24,000 nucleotides of DNA. It comes from an uncultured Vagococcus sp. (GTDB taxonomy: Bacteria; Bacillota; Bacilli; Lactobacillales; Vagococcaceae). Below are positions 22,903-24,000 of the stretch, in pieces. The stretch spans positions 66,388-90,387 of the forward strand of contig NZ_CAUQJB010000007.1 in the NCBI RefSeq assembly GCF_963518325.1, in the 5' to 3' direction. Numbering within the stretch: position 1 is the stretch's first letter; every line of letters begins with the position of its first letter. A program made the translations under genes and the position numbers. The notes under the pieces are model-generated. The model worked only from the letters and a program-made list of their open reading frames with translations, was not told the origin of the DNA and did not search any database.

Positions 22903-23502
22903 ATGAAAATAAGGACTATTAGCAAAAAGGACTATCGTGTTTCAACTTGGAGTGGGGGAGAGACTCAGGAATTGTTTCTCTTCCCAGTCCAGGGAACTTA
23001 TCAAATTGGTCAGTTTGATGTTAGACTATCCAGTGCCACTGTTGAATTGGCAGAAAGTCTTTTCACAAGTCTGCCTGGCTATCAAAGAGTCATTATGTCC
23101 TTGGATAACCCTTTAAGTTTGAGTCATCAAGGGAATGATAGTAAAAGGATGGTAGATTTAATGCCTTTTATCTCCCACCATTTTTCAGGAGAGGATCAAA
23201 CAACGTCAATTGGTAAGTGCAGAGATTTTAATTTGATTTATCGTGATGGTTTAGCTGGCGAATTAGTGGCTTGCTATCAAAAGGAGTCAGTCGTGATTAA
23301 GTCCGACGAGTTTGTCTTAGTTTATGCCCTTGAAGAAATTAGAGTCGAAATTTTTCAAGGACATCAGGTGACACATGCTCATTTAAAGAGAGGTAACAGT
23401 GTGGTTATTGAAGAGGTTACTGAGAATTGTTGGTTAGTGTTAACAGCCAAGAACAGAACAGAGAAACCAATAGCAGTCGTGGCAAGTATTAGCGAAAGTT
23501 AA
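22903..23502 (+). CDS. hutD: HutD/Ves-family protein (cupin-like, DUF886)
   Basis: 199 aa with an AGGGGTGA SD. The N-terminal STWSGGETQELFLFP matches the W-x-G-G-x-T-x-E signature of HutD. The hut context supports the call. Confidence 0.65.
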   Translation: MKIRTISKKDYRVSTWSGGETQELFLFPVQGTYQIGQFDVRLSSATVELAESLFTSLPGYQRVIMSLDNPLSLSHQGNDSKRMVDLMPFISHHFSGEDQTTSIGKCRDFNLIYRDGLAGELVACYQKESVVIKSDEFVLVYALEEIRVEIFQGHQVTHAHLKRGNSVVIEEVTENCWLVLTAKNRTEKPIAVVASISES

Positions 23503-23569
23503 GAGTGTTTTATTTGTAACCGATTTCAATAAAGCGAATCATTTCTGTTTTTTTGAAGGGAGAAAACTT

Positions 23570-24000
23570 ATGGAAACAAGTGTAGATGTAACAGAACTAA
23601 ACGAAATGGAAGAAAAATCGAAATTTAGTCTAAGCGGTGCCACGCTTTATGGAATAAATGCAGTCATTGGGTCTGGAATCTTTCTGTTGCCACAAACTAT
23701 CTATCGGGATTTAGGTCCAGCCTCGTTATTTGCGATGGTTTTTGACGCAGTTCTCGTGTTGTTACTGGCGGTCTGTTTTGCAGAAGTAGCTTGTTATTTT
23801 AATAAAAATGGAGGCGCCTTTCAGTATTCGAAAGCAGCTTTCGGTGACTTTATCGGCTTTATTGTGGGCTTATTAGGGTGGTTTGTGACAATTATCGCAT
23901 GGTCGGCTATGGCATCTGGGTTTGCCAAGCTGTTAATAGTGACATTTCCAGTTTTGACTGGTAAAAACACCTTAATAAGTATTTTACTGGTCATAGCCTT
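23570..24000 (+). CDS. APC-superfamily amino-acid permease (candidate histidine importer), 3' end beyond the window
   Basis: Not in the ORF track because it is open at the window edge. I translated it by hand from the ATG at 23570 (GAAGGGAG SD): METSVDVTELNEMEEKSKFSLSGATLYGINAVIGSGIFLLPQTIY... The GSGIF motif and successive TM helices are typical of APC permeases. Confidence 0.8.
   Translation, partial: METSVDVTELNEMEEKSKFSLSGATLYGINAVIGSGIFLLPQTIYRDLGPASLFAMVFDAVLVLLLAVCFAEVACYFNKNGGAFQYSKAAFGDFIGFIVGLLGWFVTIIAWSAMASGFAKLLIVTFPVLTGKNTLISILLVIA

Noticed and set aside
1-24000. Search for CRISPR arrays, IS elements or transposase genes, integrases, tRNA/rRNA genes, and long direct or tandem repeats.
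   Set aside because: I recognised none. All large ORFs have housekeeping, catabolic or membrane identities, and intergenic regions are short except 18467-19042. I saw no obvious compositional island boundary, although I cannot compute GC skew or k-mer statistics here.

Overview
Dense chromosomal window from a low-GC Firmicute, probably Lactobacillales-like judging by gene content, Shine-Dalgarno (SD) sequences and base composition. I saw no rRNA, tRNA, CRISPR array or mobile element. There are three blocks. (1) 1-3250: uncharacterised membrane proteins and a RidA-family gene. (2) 3375-9403: a six-gene operon encoding a PRD-type regulator, PTS EIIA, EIIB and EIIC of the lactose/cellobiose family, an M24 Xaa-Pro-type peptidase and an M42 aminopeptidase. 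The last three genes overlap stop-to-start. (3) 9493-24000: a histidine-utilisation (hut) supercluster of the formimino-THF type. It contains long-form urocanase hutU, a formate/nitrite-family channel, hutI, folT, ftcD, fchA, fhs, hutD and an APC permease; hutH is presumably beyond the 3' edge. Two unusual genes sit inside this cluster: a 1025-aa SARP-like regulator (OmpR-type winged helix, BTAD, P-loop STAND ATPase, TPR) and an orphan GlmL/MutL-like ASKHA ATPase. The main hunt result is an exact promoter architecture, TTAGAC-N5-TTAGAC-N10-TATAAT. It occurs upstream of hutI and again, on the other strand, in the 575-bp intergenic region upstream of the GlmL-like gene. Degenerate copies with the same spacing precede hutU and lie proximal to the GlmL-like gene. 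Hexamer direct repeats at 11-bp periodicity abutting a -10 box with no -35 box are what a SARP/OmpR-type activator would use. I therefore propose an undescribed STAND-activator-controlled hut regulon that includes the GlmL-like ATPase. All functional calls rest on motif recognition by eye; no searches were run.
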